Part shown: positions 1 to 9,085 of the stretch, in pieces
Layout: each line of letters opens with the position of its first letter
Position numbering within the stretch: the first letter of the stretch is position 1
Source: Phycisphaerales bacterium
Lineage (GTDB): Bacteria; Planctomycetota; Phycisphaerae; Phycisphaerales; UBA1924
DNA length: 64,000 nt
Direction: 5' to 3'
Assembly (NCBI GenBank): GCA_965222045.1
Contig: OZ244930.1
Location: 2,684,329-2,748,328 of the forward strand
Notes under the pieces: model-generated
The model's input: only the letters and a program-made list of their open reading frames with translations
Database searches by the model: none
Told to the model about the DNA's origin: nothing
Position numbers and translations under genes: made by a program

Positions 1-171
1 CCGGCCGAGCCGGCACTCATCAAAGAAGAACGGATCCGCGTCGGTGCCCGAGCCCTGGAGCGTCACCAGCGACCAGTCCACCATATGGCTGTCCGGGAGC
101 CACCCCGCAAATGCGGGCGAGCCCAGAGTGGCGAGCGCACAAAGCCCCCGCAAAGTCTGTCTGCTGCACAT
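1..171 (-). CDS. hypothetical secreted protein, first 57 codons only (gene runs off the window start)
   Basis: ATG at 171-169 (minus) lies 6 nt downstream of AGGAG. The frame is open to position 1. The N-terminus MCSRQTLRGLCALATLGSPAFA is signal-like. Too short for the ORF track. Confidence 0.4.
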   Translation of the reverse strand, partial: MCSRQTLRGLCALATLGSPAFAGWLPDSHMVDWSLVTLQGSGTDADPFFFDECRLGR

Positions 172-342
172 GGAAATCTCCTTGTAATGTGTGCAAATAA
201 CGATGAGCAATGAGTTTAGCACCAAGCCCCCGCCCTGTGAAGGGGTCCGTCTATGCGGATTATTCCAGATGCGCTGAAGTCGCCCATCGTCGTTCCCGAT
301 ACCTCCCCGGTCAGTTTCACACGATCTCAGAGAGGAACACCG

Positions 343-771
343 ATGTCCGCAATCATGCCCGACCCCGTCGAAGCCTCCCGTCTCGCCATGAGCCTCAACG
401 TCCTGCTCCCGCGTCTGGACGTGATCACCGCGGAGTTCTGCCGCCTTGTCGAGTACGCCGCCCCCGAGCTGCGACTGAAGTTCGCGAGCAACGAAAGCAT
501 CCTCGCCGTCGGCATCGAGGACATCCTGAGCACCGTGAACGACCCACAGCACGCGCCGCAGACCGTCGCCCGCTACGTCACCCTCGCCCGTCAGAGCGAG
601 ATCGACGAGACGAACCTGCCCGTGCTGCTCGCATCGATCCAGACCGCCATCGCCGAAACGGCCGGCTACACCTGGACCGACGCGCTCGAGGACGCCTGGA
701 CCATGTGGTTCGACACACTGGCTGAGCTGGCCGTAAGTGGGGCGGGCGTCGAGGAAACACAGGCCGCCTGA
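343..771 (+). CDS. globin-fold-like protein (putative)
   Basis: Lies in the 253..771 ORF; ATG 343 chosen because GAGAGGA sits upstream. By eye it aligns to the flavohaemoglobin globin domain (AEFCRLVEYAAPELRLKF vs AHFYDRMFTHNPELKEIF; LEDAWTMWFDTLAELAV vs LDAWGKAYGVLANVFI). High-GC3 coding bias in this frame. Confidence 0.45.
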   Translation: MSAIMPDPVEASRLAMSLNVLLPRLDVITAEFCRLVEYAAPELRLKFASNESILAVGIEDILSTVNDPQHAPQTVARYVTLARQSEIDETNLPVLLASIQTAIAETAGYTWTDALEDAWTMWFDTLAELAVSGAGVEETQAA

Positions 772-803
772 TCAACAATAGACGAGAGTGAGACCACCAC
801 AGG

Positions 804-825
804 GCACCCGCGAGGGTGCTTTTTT
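804..825 (+). terminator. rho-independent terminator after the globin-like gene
   Basis: GCACCC-gcga-GGGTGC stem-loop followed directly by TTTTTT. Confidence 0.6.
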
Positions 826-859
826 CGTGGCGCCCAGATCTCCTGCGCCCCTTCCCTCT

Positions 860-919
860 GCGCTCCTTCCCCGCCCCTGCGGGGAAGGTGGCACGCGCAG
901 CGTGACGGATGGGGTCTTG
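860..919 (+). repeat. REP-like double-hairpin element, copy A
   Basis: Hairpin 1 is CCTTCCCCGC/GCGGGGAAGG (865-888). Hairpin 2 is CACGC-GCA-GCGTG (892-904). Conserved tail GGATGGGGTCTTG. Confidence 0.8.
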
Positions 920-946
920 TGATGCGCTCATCTCCCAACCTCTCCT

Positions 947-1003
947 GCTCCTCCCCGCGCCCCCGCGGGGAGGTGGCATGCGCAGCATGACGGAGGGGTC
1001 TTG
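947..1003 (+). repeat. REP-like double-hairpin element, copy B
   Basis: Hairpin 1 is CCTCCCCGCG/CGCGGGGAGG (950-973). Hairpin 2 is CATGC-GCA-GCATG (977-989). Tail ACGGAGGGGTCTTG. Confidence 0.8.
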
Positions 1004-1022
1004 AACACCGCACGCATCACAT

Positions 1023-1080
1023 AGACCCCTCCGAGCTCCGCTCCGCTCCGCCCACCTCCCCGCCGGGCGCGGGGAGGAGC
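1023..1080 (-). repeat. REP-like double-hairpin element, copy C (inverted)
   Basis: The reverse complement reads GCTCCTCCCCGCGCCCGGCGGGGAGGTGG...GAGC-GGA-GCTC...GGAGGGGTCT. Confidence 0.7.
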
Positions 1081-1138
1081 GAAGACCCCCTCCGTCGACT
1101 TCGTCGACACCTCCCCCGCAGGGGCGGGGAAGGAGCGC
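1081..1138 (-). repeat. REP-like double-hairpin element, copy D (inverted)
   Basis: The reverse complement reads GCGCTCCTTCCCCGCCCCTGCGGGGGAGGTG-GTCGAC-GAA-GTCGAC-GGAGGGGGTCTT. Confidence 0.8.
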
Positions 1139-1219
1139 ACTTTCTCCCATCACACCGCCCCCTCCTGCGTATGATCCACCCTGTTTCAACGCCGTTTTCA
1201 CGCCAACACGGACCCACCC

Positions 1220-3010
1220 ATGCGCACCCACACCTGCAACGAACTCAACGAATCACACATCGGCCAGGCCGTCACCCTCTGCGGGTGGGTCAACGCCTAC
1301 CGGGGCCACGGCACCGGGCTCGTCTTCGTCGATGTGCGCGACAAGGGCGGCGTCACACAGGCCGTCTTCGAGACCGAGGGCGACAACGCCGAGCTCATCG
1401 AGCAGGCGTCCAAGCTCCGCAACGAGGACTGTATCAAGGTCGTCGGCACCGTCCGCGAACGCGCCTCCAAGAACGACAAGATCCCCACCGGGTCCATCGA
1501 GGTCCTCGTCACGAGCATGGAGCGCCTGAGCAAAACCAAGAAGCTCCCCTTCCTACCCTCCACCGAGAAGGATCTGCCCAACGAGGAGGTCCGCCTCCGC
1601 CACCGCTACATCGACCTGCGCCGTCCGACGATGCAGAACATCCTGCGCACGCGCCACCGCGTCGCCAAGCTCACCCGCGACTACTTCGACGAGCACCAGT
1701 TCATCGAGGTCGAGACGCCCGTGCTCTGCCGCTCCACGCCCGAGGGCGCCCGCGACTTCCTCGTGCCCTCGCGCAACCAACCCGGCATGTGGTACGCCCT
1801 GCCCCAGTCGCCCCAGCTCTTCAAGCAGATCCTCATGGTCGGCGGGTGCGACCGGTACCTGCAGATCGTCAAGTGCTTCCGCGACGAGGACCCCCGTGCC
1901 GACCGACAGGCCGAGTTTACCCAGATCGACCTCGAGATGAGCTTCGTCGACCGCGACGAGGTCCTCAACATCATGGAAGGGTTCGCCAAGAACATCTGGA
2001 AGGAGATGCTCGGCGTCGACCTCCCCGAGTTCCCACGCATGACCTACCGCGAGGCGATGGACCGCTACGGCATCGACCGCCCCGACACCCGCTTCGACCT
2101 CGAGCTCGTCGACATCTCCGACCTGGCCGCCAAGTGCGAGTTCGGCGTCTTCACCGACGCGCTCGCCAAGCCCAAGGGCATCATCAAGGCCATCCGCGTG
2201 CCCGGCGGCGCCGAGAAGTTCAGCCGCAAGGTCACCGACGCCTTCAACCCCTTCGCCCAGCAGTTCGGCGCGGGCGGCGTGCCCACCGTCAAGTACACCG
2301 GCGGCGAGTTCTCCACCGGCATCGCCAAGTTCCTGGGTGACATCAAGGACGAGCTTGTCGAGCGCCTCGGACTCGAAGACGGCGACGCGGTGGTATTTGG
2401 CGCGGACACCTACTCCGTCGTCACCAAGGCCCTGGGCGAGCTCCGCCTCAAGATCGCCCGCGAGCACGGTTACATCCCCGAAGACAAGTGGAACTTCCTC
2501 TGGGTCTACGACTTCCCCATGTTCGAGTACGACGAGGAAACAGAGCGCTACTACGCCCTGCACCACCCCTTCACCGCGCCGACCAAGGAAGAAGCCGAGC
2601 GCCTCATGGTCGCCGACATCTCCGACGTCGACACCGTCGAGTCCATCCTGTCCGACGGCTACGACATGATCTGCAACGGGTCTGAAATTGGTGGCGGCTC
2701 CATCCGTATCCACGACCAGCAGGTGCAGTCCAAGGTCTTCGAGCTCCTCGGGCTCAGCCCCGAAGAGGCCAAGCTCAAGTTCTCCTTCCTCCTCGACGCC
2801 CTGTCCTACGGCGCCCCACCCCACGGCGGCATCGCCTTCGGGCTCGACCGCCTGGTCATGCACCTCGTGGGCACCGAGAACATCCGCGACGTGATCGCCT
2901 TCCCCAAGTCGCTCACCGGCGTGGACCTCATGTGCGAAGCACCCAACGTCGTCGACGCCGACCAGCTCAAGGAACTCCACGTCGAGTCCACGGCCGAAGC
3001 ATCGGTCTGA
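1220..3010 (+). CDS. aspS: aspartate--tRNA ligase (bacterial type)
   Basis: 596-aa ORF readable end to end as class II AspRS: OB-fold N-terminus, FRDEDPRADRQAEFTQIDLEMSF, GSEIGGGSIRIH, GGIAFGLDRLVM. Confidence 0.95.
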   Translation: MRTHTCNELNESHIGQAVTLCGWVNAYRGHGTGLVFVDVRDKGGVTQAVFETEGDNAELIEQASKLRNEDCIKVVGTVRERASKNDKIPTGSIEVLVTSMERLSKTKKLPFLPSTEKDLPNEEVRLRHRYIDLRRPTMQNILRTRHRVAKLTRDYFDEHQFIEVETPVLCRSTPEGARDFLVPSRNQPGMWYALPQSPQLFKQILMVGGCDRYLQIVKCFRDEDPRADRQAEFTQIDLEMSFVDRDEVLNIMEGFAKNIWKEMLGVDLPEFPRMTYREAMDRYGIDRPDTRFDLELVDISDLAAKCEFGVFTDALAKPKGIIKAIRVPGGAEKFSRKVTDAFNPFAQQFGAGGVPTVKYTGGEFSTGIAKFLGDIKDELVERLGLEDGDAVVFGADTYSVVTKALGELRLKIAREHGYIPEDKWNFLWVYDFPMFEYDEETERYYALHHPFTAPTKEEAERLMVADISDVDTVESILSDGYDMICNGSEIGGGSIRIHDQQVQSKVFELLGLSPEEAKLKFSFLLDALSYGAPPHGGIAFGLDRLVMHLVGTENIRDVIAFPKSLTGVDLMCEAPNVVDADQLKELHVESTAEASV

Positions 3011-3013
3011 TCC

Positions 3014-3075
3014 GCGCTCCTTCCCCGCCCCGCGGGGAGGTGGCATGCGCAGCATGACGGAGGGGACTTCTCTTG
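3014..3075 (+). repeat. REP-like double-hairpin element, copy E
   Basis: Starts 4 nt after the aspS stop. GCGCTCCTTCCCCGCCCCGCGGGGAGGTGG, then CATGC-GCA-GCATG, then ACGGAGGGG. Confidence 0.8.
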
Positions 3076-3076
3076 T

Positions 3077-3132
3077 GCCTCACCCGCTCCTAGCGGGGGA
3101 GGTGCCGAGTCCCCGAAGCGGAGGGGGTCTTG
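3077..3132 (+). repeat. REP-like double-hairpin element, copy F (more diverged)
   Basis: CCTCACCCGC-tcct-a-GCGGGGGAGG, then GTG...GGAGGGGGTCTTG. The second hairpin is poorly conserved. Confidence 0.6.
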
Positions 3133-3196
3133 CTCGCTCGCTACGATCCCACATGCGCCCCAACGTCACTGCCAGCCACACCGGATCACACATCGC

Positions 3197-3832
3197 ATGA
3201 GACGTCCCGCCAAGCCAGTACGATTCATGCTGATCTCAATGATCGTATCTCTCGCGCTGGGGATTGGTTCAAACCTGTACCTTGTACACTTCCCAACTTG
3301 GTGGCCGGCGAAGATGCTTCCCAATGACTTCAATGCAGGCCCACATCCTTGGGGTGAGGGCTGGCCGCAGGAGTTTCTCGAATACGAGATTCCAAAAATC
3401 TGTAGATGTTCGTTCATCCATGAGTGGTTCGGTGTGGTTGACATCTACACGGTCGGCGTTCAAACCCCGGACCAACCAGAGTTGGAATATGAGTCCGCAT
3501 CATGGACTCTACATCAGATGGAGCAAGTTGTCCGAGGAAAGCCGTTTGTTGTTCATACACATCGGATTGAAGGCACGTACTCAAACGGCATAGTCGTCGA
3601 TGAGGCTGAAACCACACGTTACCACGCCACCGGCCTCATCCTCAACCCCATCGTCTACGCCCTCCCGGTCTGGCTCGTGGTCGTGGGCATCTACCTTGCC
3701 ATTCGCACGCGTCTCCGCAGCACCCGCCGCCGCAAAGGCCTCTGCGAGCACTGCGCCTACAACACGCAGGGGCTCGCAAAGTGCCCGGAATGCGGGGCCG
3801 AATCGTCCAGCGCCGCTACCATACAGGCATGA
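3197..3832 (+). CDS. hypothetical membrane protein with C-terminal CxxC...CPECG zinc-ribbon-like tail
   Basis: 211-aa ORF with two hydrophobic helices and the tail [18 protein letters not shown]. Its stop overlaps the thiG start (ATGA). The 5' two thirds are much AT-richer than the neighbours. Confidence 0.65.
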   Translation: MRRPAKPVRFMLISMIVSLALGIGSNLYLVHFPTWWPAKMLPNDFNAGPHPWGEGWPQEFLEYEIPKICRCSFIHEWFGVVDIYTVGVQTPDQPELEYESASWTLHQMEQVVRGKPFVVHTHRIEGTYSNGIVVDEAETTRYHATGLILNPIVYALPVWLVVVGIYLAIRTRLRSTRRRKGLCEHCAYNTQGLAKCPECGAESSSAATIQA

Positions 3833-4674
3833 CCACGACACTCTCCGAGCCCGGGCTCGACCCGATCACCATCGCCAACCGCACCTTCAACTCCCGCCTC
3901 TGCGTCGGCACGGGCAAGTACGCATCGATGGAAGGCATGCGCGACGCCCTCGACGCCTCCGGGGCCGAGGCCATCACCGTGGCCGTGCGCCGCGAGCGCC
4001 TCTTCAACGAGGAGGGCAAGTCGCTCCTCGAGTACATCGACCTCGATCGATACACCATCCTGCCCAACACGGCCGGGTGCTTCAGCGCCGACGACGCCGT
4101 GCGCGTCGCCCGCCTCGGTCGTGAACTCCTCGACCAGCTCGACAACCCCGGCGCCAGCTGGGTCAAGCTCGAAGTCCTCGGCGACAAGAAGACCCTCCTC
4201 CCCGACCCCGTCGGCACCCTCCAGGCCGTCGAGGAGCTCGTGAAGGACGGCTTCGACGTGCTCTGCTACACCAGCGACGACCCCATCAGCGCCAAACGCA
4301 TCAAGGACGCGGGGGCCGCAGCCGTCATGCCCGCCGGCTCACCCATCGGCTCGGGCCAGGGCGTGCTCAACACCAACAACATCGTCCTCTGCCTCGAGCT
4401 CCTCAAGGAGAACGACCCGAGCTACCCCGTCATCGTCGACGCGGGCGTCGGCAGCGCCAGCGACGTCGCCTACGCCATGGAACTCGGCGCCGACGGCGTC
4501 CTGCTCAACACCGCCATCGCCCACGCCAAGGACCCGGTCATGATGGCCCACGCCATGCGCAAGGCCATCGAGTGCGGGCGTCAGTCCTATCTTGCGGGCC
4601 GGATCGACAAAAAGCTCTACGCCACGGCCAGCTCGCCCATGGAGGGCGCGATCTCGTATATCCCGGGGGAATGA
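3829..4674 (+). CDS. thiG: thiazole synthase
   Basis: ThiG homology is readable throughout ([30 protein letters not shown]). ATG 3829 chosen. The ORF-track start 3781 is a GTG inside the upstream gene. Confidence 0.92.
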   Translation: MTTTLSEPGLDPITIANRTFNSRLCVGTGKYASMEGMRDALDASGAEAITVAVRRERLFNEEGKSLLEYIDLDRYTILPNTAGCFSADDAVRVARLGRELLDQLDNPGASWVKLEVLGDKKTLLPDPVGTLQAVEELVKDGFDVLCYTSDDPISAKRIKDAGAAAVMPAGSPIGSGQGVLNTNNIVLCLELLKENDPSYPVIVDAGVGSASDVAYAMELGADGVLLNTAIAHAKDPVMMAHAMRKAIECGRQSYLAGRIDKKLYATASSPMEGAISYIPGE

Positions 4675-4683
4675 GGGAGCTAT

Positions 4684-4794
4684 GGGGTGCCCGTACTCGC
4701 GTCGTAGACGCGCAGTGCGGATGACCCACAGCAAACTCAGGCACGAATGTGAGAGCGCCGCACTGCGCCGCTTCGCGTCGAGTACGGGCACCCC
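4684..4794. repeat. long imperfect inverted repeat, probable bidirectional terminator between convergent thiG and the SDR gene
   Basis: Arms 4684-4720 and 4758-4794 pair as a 16-bp perfect helix, an internal bubble and an 11-bp perfect helix. The loop is 37 nt. Confidence 0.6.
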
Positions 4795-4807
4795 ACAGTG
4801 TCTTGTC

Positions 4808-5512
4808 TCAGTTCTTAGCCACGACGACCGCAGCCCCGCTCGGCTCCGGGCGCTCACCCAGCACAAACGATTCCACCGCCAGCGCGATGTCGTCCGGCAC
4901 CAGCACCTGATCGCCCGGCAGGTCCTCCTTGCTCACGATCGATCGCAGCATCTCTGTCTCGACCGCGCCGGGATGGACCGTGTATGCCCGGATCTGGGGG
5001 TACTCGTTGCGGATCGCGCGGGCCATCGCCTCAAGCCCGGCTTTGGTGCAGCCGTAGGCGCCCAAGCCCGGGAACGGGTCGATCGCGGCCCGAGACCCGA
5101 TCGAGATCACGCAGCCATTGGTCTTCTGCAGGTGCTGGAGTGCAAGTCGGGTGAGCAGGATCGGGGCGGTCAGGTTGATATCGAAGAGCTGCTCAATGTC
5201 GGGTTCGCCGAGTGTACCGAGTTCACCGCACGTGCCGATCGCAGCGTTGTTGACCAGCACATCGACCCGCCCGAAGGTCGCGAGCGTCTGATCGATCAGG
5301 TGGGTTCGATCCTCACCCTTGGAAATGTCGGTGGGGACGACAAGCCAGTCCTTGCCCTCATCTCCCAGCCCGGAGGCGACCTCTTGGAGCGGAGCCTGGC
5401 GACGACCCGCGAGCACGACCGGGCCATGCTTCGCGAGCCGCTGGGCGATGGCCTCGCCGATACCGGAGCCAGCACCCGTGACTATGGAGACGGTAGGGGT
5501 TGGATCGCTCAT
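4808..5512 (-). CDS. short-chain dehydrogenase/reductase (SDR) family oxidoreductase
   Basis: TGAGSGIG Rossmann motif at the N-terminus, NNAA, and the catalytic YGCTK (YxxxK). Confidence 0.9.
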   Translation of the reverse strand: MSDPTPTVSIVTGAGSGIGEAIAQRLAKHGPVVLAGRRQAPLQEVASGLGDEGKDWLVVPTDISKGEDRTHLIDQTLATFGRVDVLVNNAAIGTCGELGTLGEPDIEQLFDINLTAPILLTRLALQHLQKTNGCVISIGSRAAIDPFPGLGAYGCTKAGLEAMARAIRNEYPQIRAYTVHPGAVETEMLRSIVSKEDLPGDQVLVPDDIALAVESFVLGERPEPSGAAVVVAKN

Positions 5513-5517
5513 GAGCG

Positions 5518-5523
5518 ATGGTA
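5518..5523 (-). promoter_or_regulatory. -10-like TACCAT, 5 nt upstream of the SDR ATG (leaderless geometry)
   Basis: The minus strand reads TACCAT-cgctc-ATG. There is no SD. Confidence 0.35.
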
Positions 5524-5533
5524 GGGCATCTGA

Positions 5534-7108
<1,575 letters not shown>

Positions 7109-7271
7109 GTGGGCTCCTCGGGGCGTTCCTCGGGTGGTGGGTGTGTACTGCATCGGTTCGAGGGTGGTCATGGTGTGATTATTCGCATGAACAAGCACTT
7201 TCGTTGCTTTCGTGCACAAGAAGATTGCGAAAAGAGTGCCTCAAACACAGTGAGTCAGCTGACCACTTGGA

Positions 7272-8873
7272 TTATTTCTCTTGTTCGAGCTCAACACGCG
7301 TGCGGGCGAGGTACGCACCATCGTCCAGTTCGCGGACGTACGCGACCATCTGTTCGCGGAGATCGCAGGACATTTGCCAGGCATCATGGACCTCGGCTCC
7401 TCCGGCGGTCAGCCGAAGAATGATGTCATCCCCGTCGGTGTCTGTGACCAGCACTTCCGGATCGTCTCCGTGCTCAGCATCATGACGCTCATGGCTCGTG
7501 GCGAGCTCGATAAACTTCTCACGGATCGTGTGCACCGGAGCACGATAATCCAGTTTCAGATAGATCGGTTTCACCAGGTAGGTCTTGTTGAGTGACCAGT
7601 TCTCGAACCAGTTGTCAATAAAGTACTTAATCGGGAACACAAGGCGGCGATGATCCCAGGTATTCACGACGACGAATGTGTAGCTGATCTGCTCGATGGT
7701 GCCCCAGTTGTCCTCGATGTAGACGGTGTCGCCGAGCTTAAAGGGCTGGGTCAGGGCGATCTGCAGTCCTGCGATGAGGTTGCCGAGCACCGCGTGCCCC
7801 GCGATACCGAAGATGACCGCTGCGACGCCCGCGGATGACATGAGTGTGATCCCCAGGGTGCGTGCCATATCCAGTTGCAGCAGGACGATGCCCACACCCA
7901 CGAACGCCGTGACGAGCAGGATGGTGTAACGGGCGACGGTCAGCTGGGTTAGCACACGTCGCTCCGAATCGGATCCCTCTTCATGAAACCTGCGGATTGC
8001 CTCACGCGCGAGCGTGTCGATCACCACGTTGAGCACGCGCATGAGCAAAAACGTGAGTGCCGCGATGAAGAGCACAAGGACCACAGGATCCGCGATCGTC
8101 GCGATGGCACCTGGAAGAGAGAGCCCAAACTCAACCACAAGCCAGAGAATCAGCGCGGCGACAACGATCGAGATCGGCCAGTCGAACTTCTTGAGCATCG
8201 AGAGGTCGATCTTCTCCGTCTTGGTGCTTATCCATCGCAGCACCCGGGCCGTGAGGTACCCTGTGAGCGGGGCGATGACAAGCGTGAGCGCGATGACAAT
8301 GATCTTCCAGATGGCGACCCCGCCCATCACGCGTTCACTCGCCCAGTCCGGTGTGTGGCGATCGATCCATCCCGGGCCATGCTCGGCGTACAGTGCCGGG
8401 ATGTTCTCTACGCTTTGCGCCGCGAACAGCCAGATCTGATTGCCACCCTCATCCTCTTCTCGTTCGATGCGAATGGGAACCGCTCGCCCATCGATGCTGA
8501 TCTCTCCGAGCGAGATGCTGCTCCGTTCCTTGCCGATCATGCCATTGCTGCCTGCGAGCGATGGCGTGTCGAGCATCCCGTCCGGGCGGTCCGGCAATCT
8601 GGACCAATCGATCCAGAGTTCTTGGGTCATCACAAAGTAGAGCTGGCGTGCCGCTTCGCTCGGGGACAGGTCGCTGAGCAGACGGGTATTCAGTGCCTGT
8701 GATGCACGGCTGAAATCCTCATCCCGGGCGTGCTCAAGAAAATGCTCTACGCAGGCTTGAGGTGTTTCGAGGTTCGCAGATCTGTCGGCACGCGAATCGG
8801 ATTGTGCACGCGCTGGGTAAGCCGACAGCGTGATGACGAGCAGTGAAACCGTGAAGAGTCCCCAAGTTCGCAT
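7272..8873 (-). CDS. mechanosensitive ion channel (MscS family) with N-terminal periplasmic domain
   Basis: Signal peptide MRTWGLFTVSLLVITLSAYPARA, several TM helices, and the MscS core GNLIAGLQIALTQPFKLGDTVYIEDNWGTIEQISYTFVVV. Confidence 0.85.
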   Translation of the reverse strand: MRTWGLFTVSLLVITLSAYPARAQSDSRADRSANLETPQACVEHFLEHARDEDFSRASQALNTRLLSDLSPSEAARQLYFVMTQELWIDWSRLPDRPDGMLDTPSLAGSNGMIGKERSSISLGEISIDGRAVPIRIEREEDEGGNQIWLFAAQSVENIPALYAEHGPGWIDRHTPDWASERVMGGVAIWKIIVIALTLVIAPLTGYLTARVLRWISTKTEKIDLSMLKKFDWPISIVVAALILWLVVEFGLSLPGAIATIADPVVLVLFIAALTFLLMRVLNVVIDTLAREAIRRFHEEGSDSERRVLTQLTVARYTILLVTAFVGVGIVLLQLDMARTLGITLMSSAGVAAVIFGIAGHAVLGNLIAGLQIALTQPFKLGDTVYIEDNWGTIEQISYTFVVVNTWDHRRLVFPIKYFIDNWFENWSLNKTYLVKPIYLKLDYRAPVHTIREKFIELATSHERHDAEHGDDPEVLVTDTDGDDIILRLTAGGAEVHDAWQMSCDLREQMVAYVRELDDGAYLARTRVELEQEK

Positions 8874-8959
8874 GCATGACTATGGGGCGCCAGCATGAAA
8901 GTGCGATGAAGCGAGGGTTGGAATCCTTTCAGTGGGCGATCAGTGGGCTGAAATCTGCC

Positions 8960-8988
8960 TTGGCGGCATCCGAATTCCGTGCTAAAAT
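8960..8988 (+). promoter_or_regulatory. sigma70-like promoter for hppD
   Basis: TTGGCG, a 17-nt spacer, then TAAAAT. It lies about 100 nt upstream of ATG 9086. Confidence 0.4.
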
Positions 8989-9085
8989 AAGAGTACCGGG
9001 ACCTGGGCTCCCGCCGTGTGACGCCTTGAGCAAGGCGGAGAGAACGGCAACAGGCCGCCCAAGAACTGAATCAAGGACATCTGAT

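Noticed and set aside
1553-3055. 500-aa ORF antisense to aspS, with similar long shadow ORFs at 1171..2340, 578..1231 and 3600..4124.
   Set aside because: These are typical high-GC3 shadow frames. The translations are Arg/Pro/Gly/Ala-rich low complexity with no motifs, and they fully overlap genes with unambiguous homology.
860-3132. Possibility that the repeated GC-rich elements form a CRISPR array.
   Set aside because: The copies occur in both orientations, with irregular spacing of 0-27 nt. There are no unique spacers of uniform length, each copy is itself a double hairpin, and no cas genes are present. REP/BIME-like elements fit better.
3011-3196. A TPP (THI-box) riboswitch upstream of the thiG transcription unit.
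   Set aside because: I could not find the conserved CUGAGA core or the ACCUGAUCUGGAUAAUGCCAGCG-like pyrimidine-sensor helix. The REP-like copies E and F account for this region.
7109-7219. N-terminal extensions implied by the longest ORFs (pyk 7219, hppD 8876, gcvH 11797, thiG 3781, PEP-CTERM gene 26232, dockerin gene 47259, response regulator 59599 and others).
   Set aside because: The extensions lack homology to the respective families and often start at non-ATG codons. Internal ATGs with SD or -10 context give family-typical N-termini.
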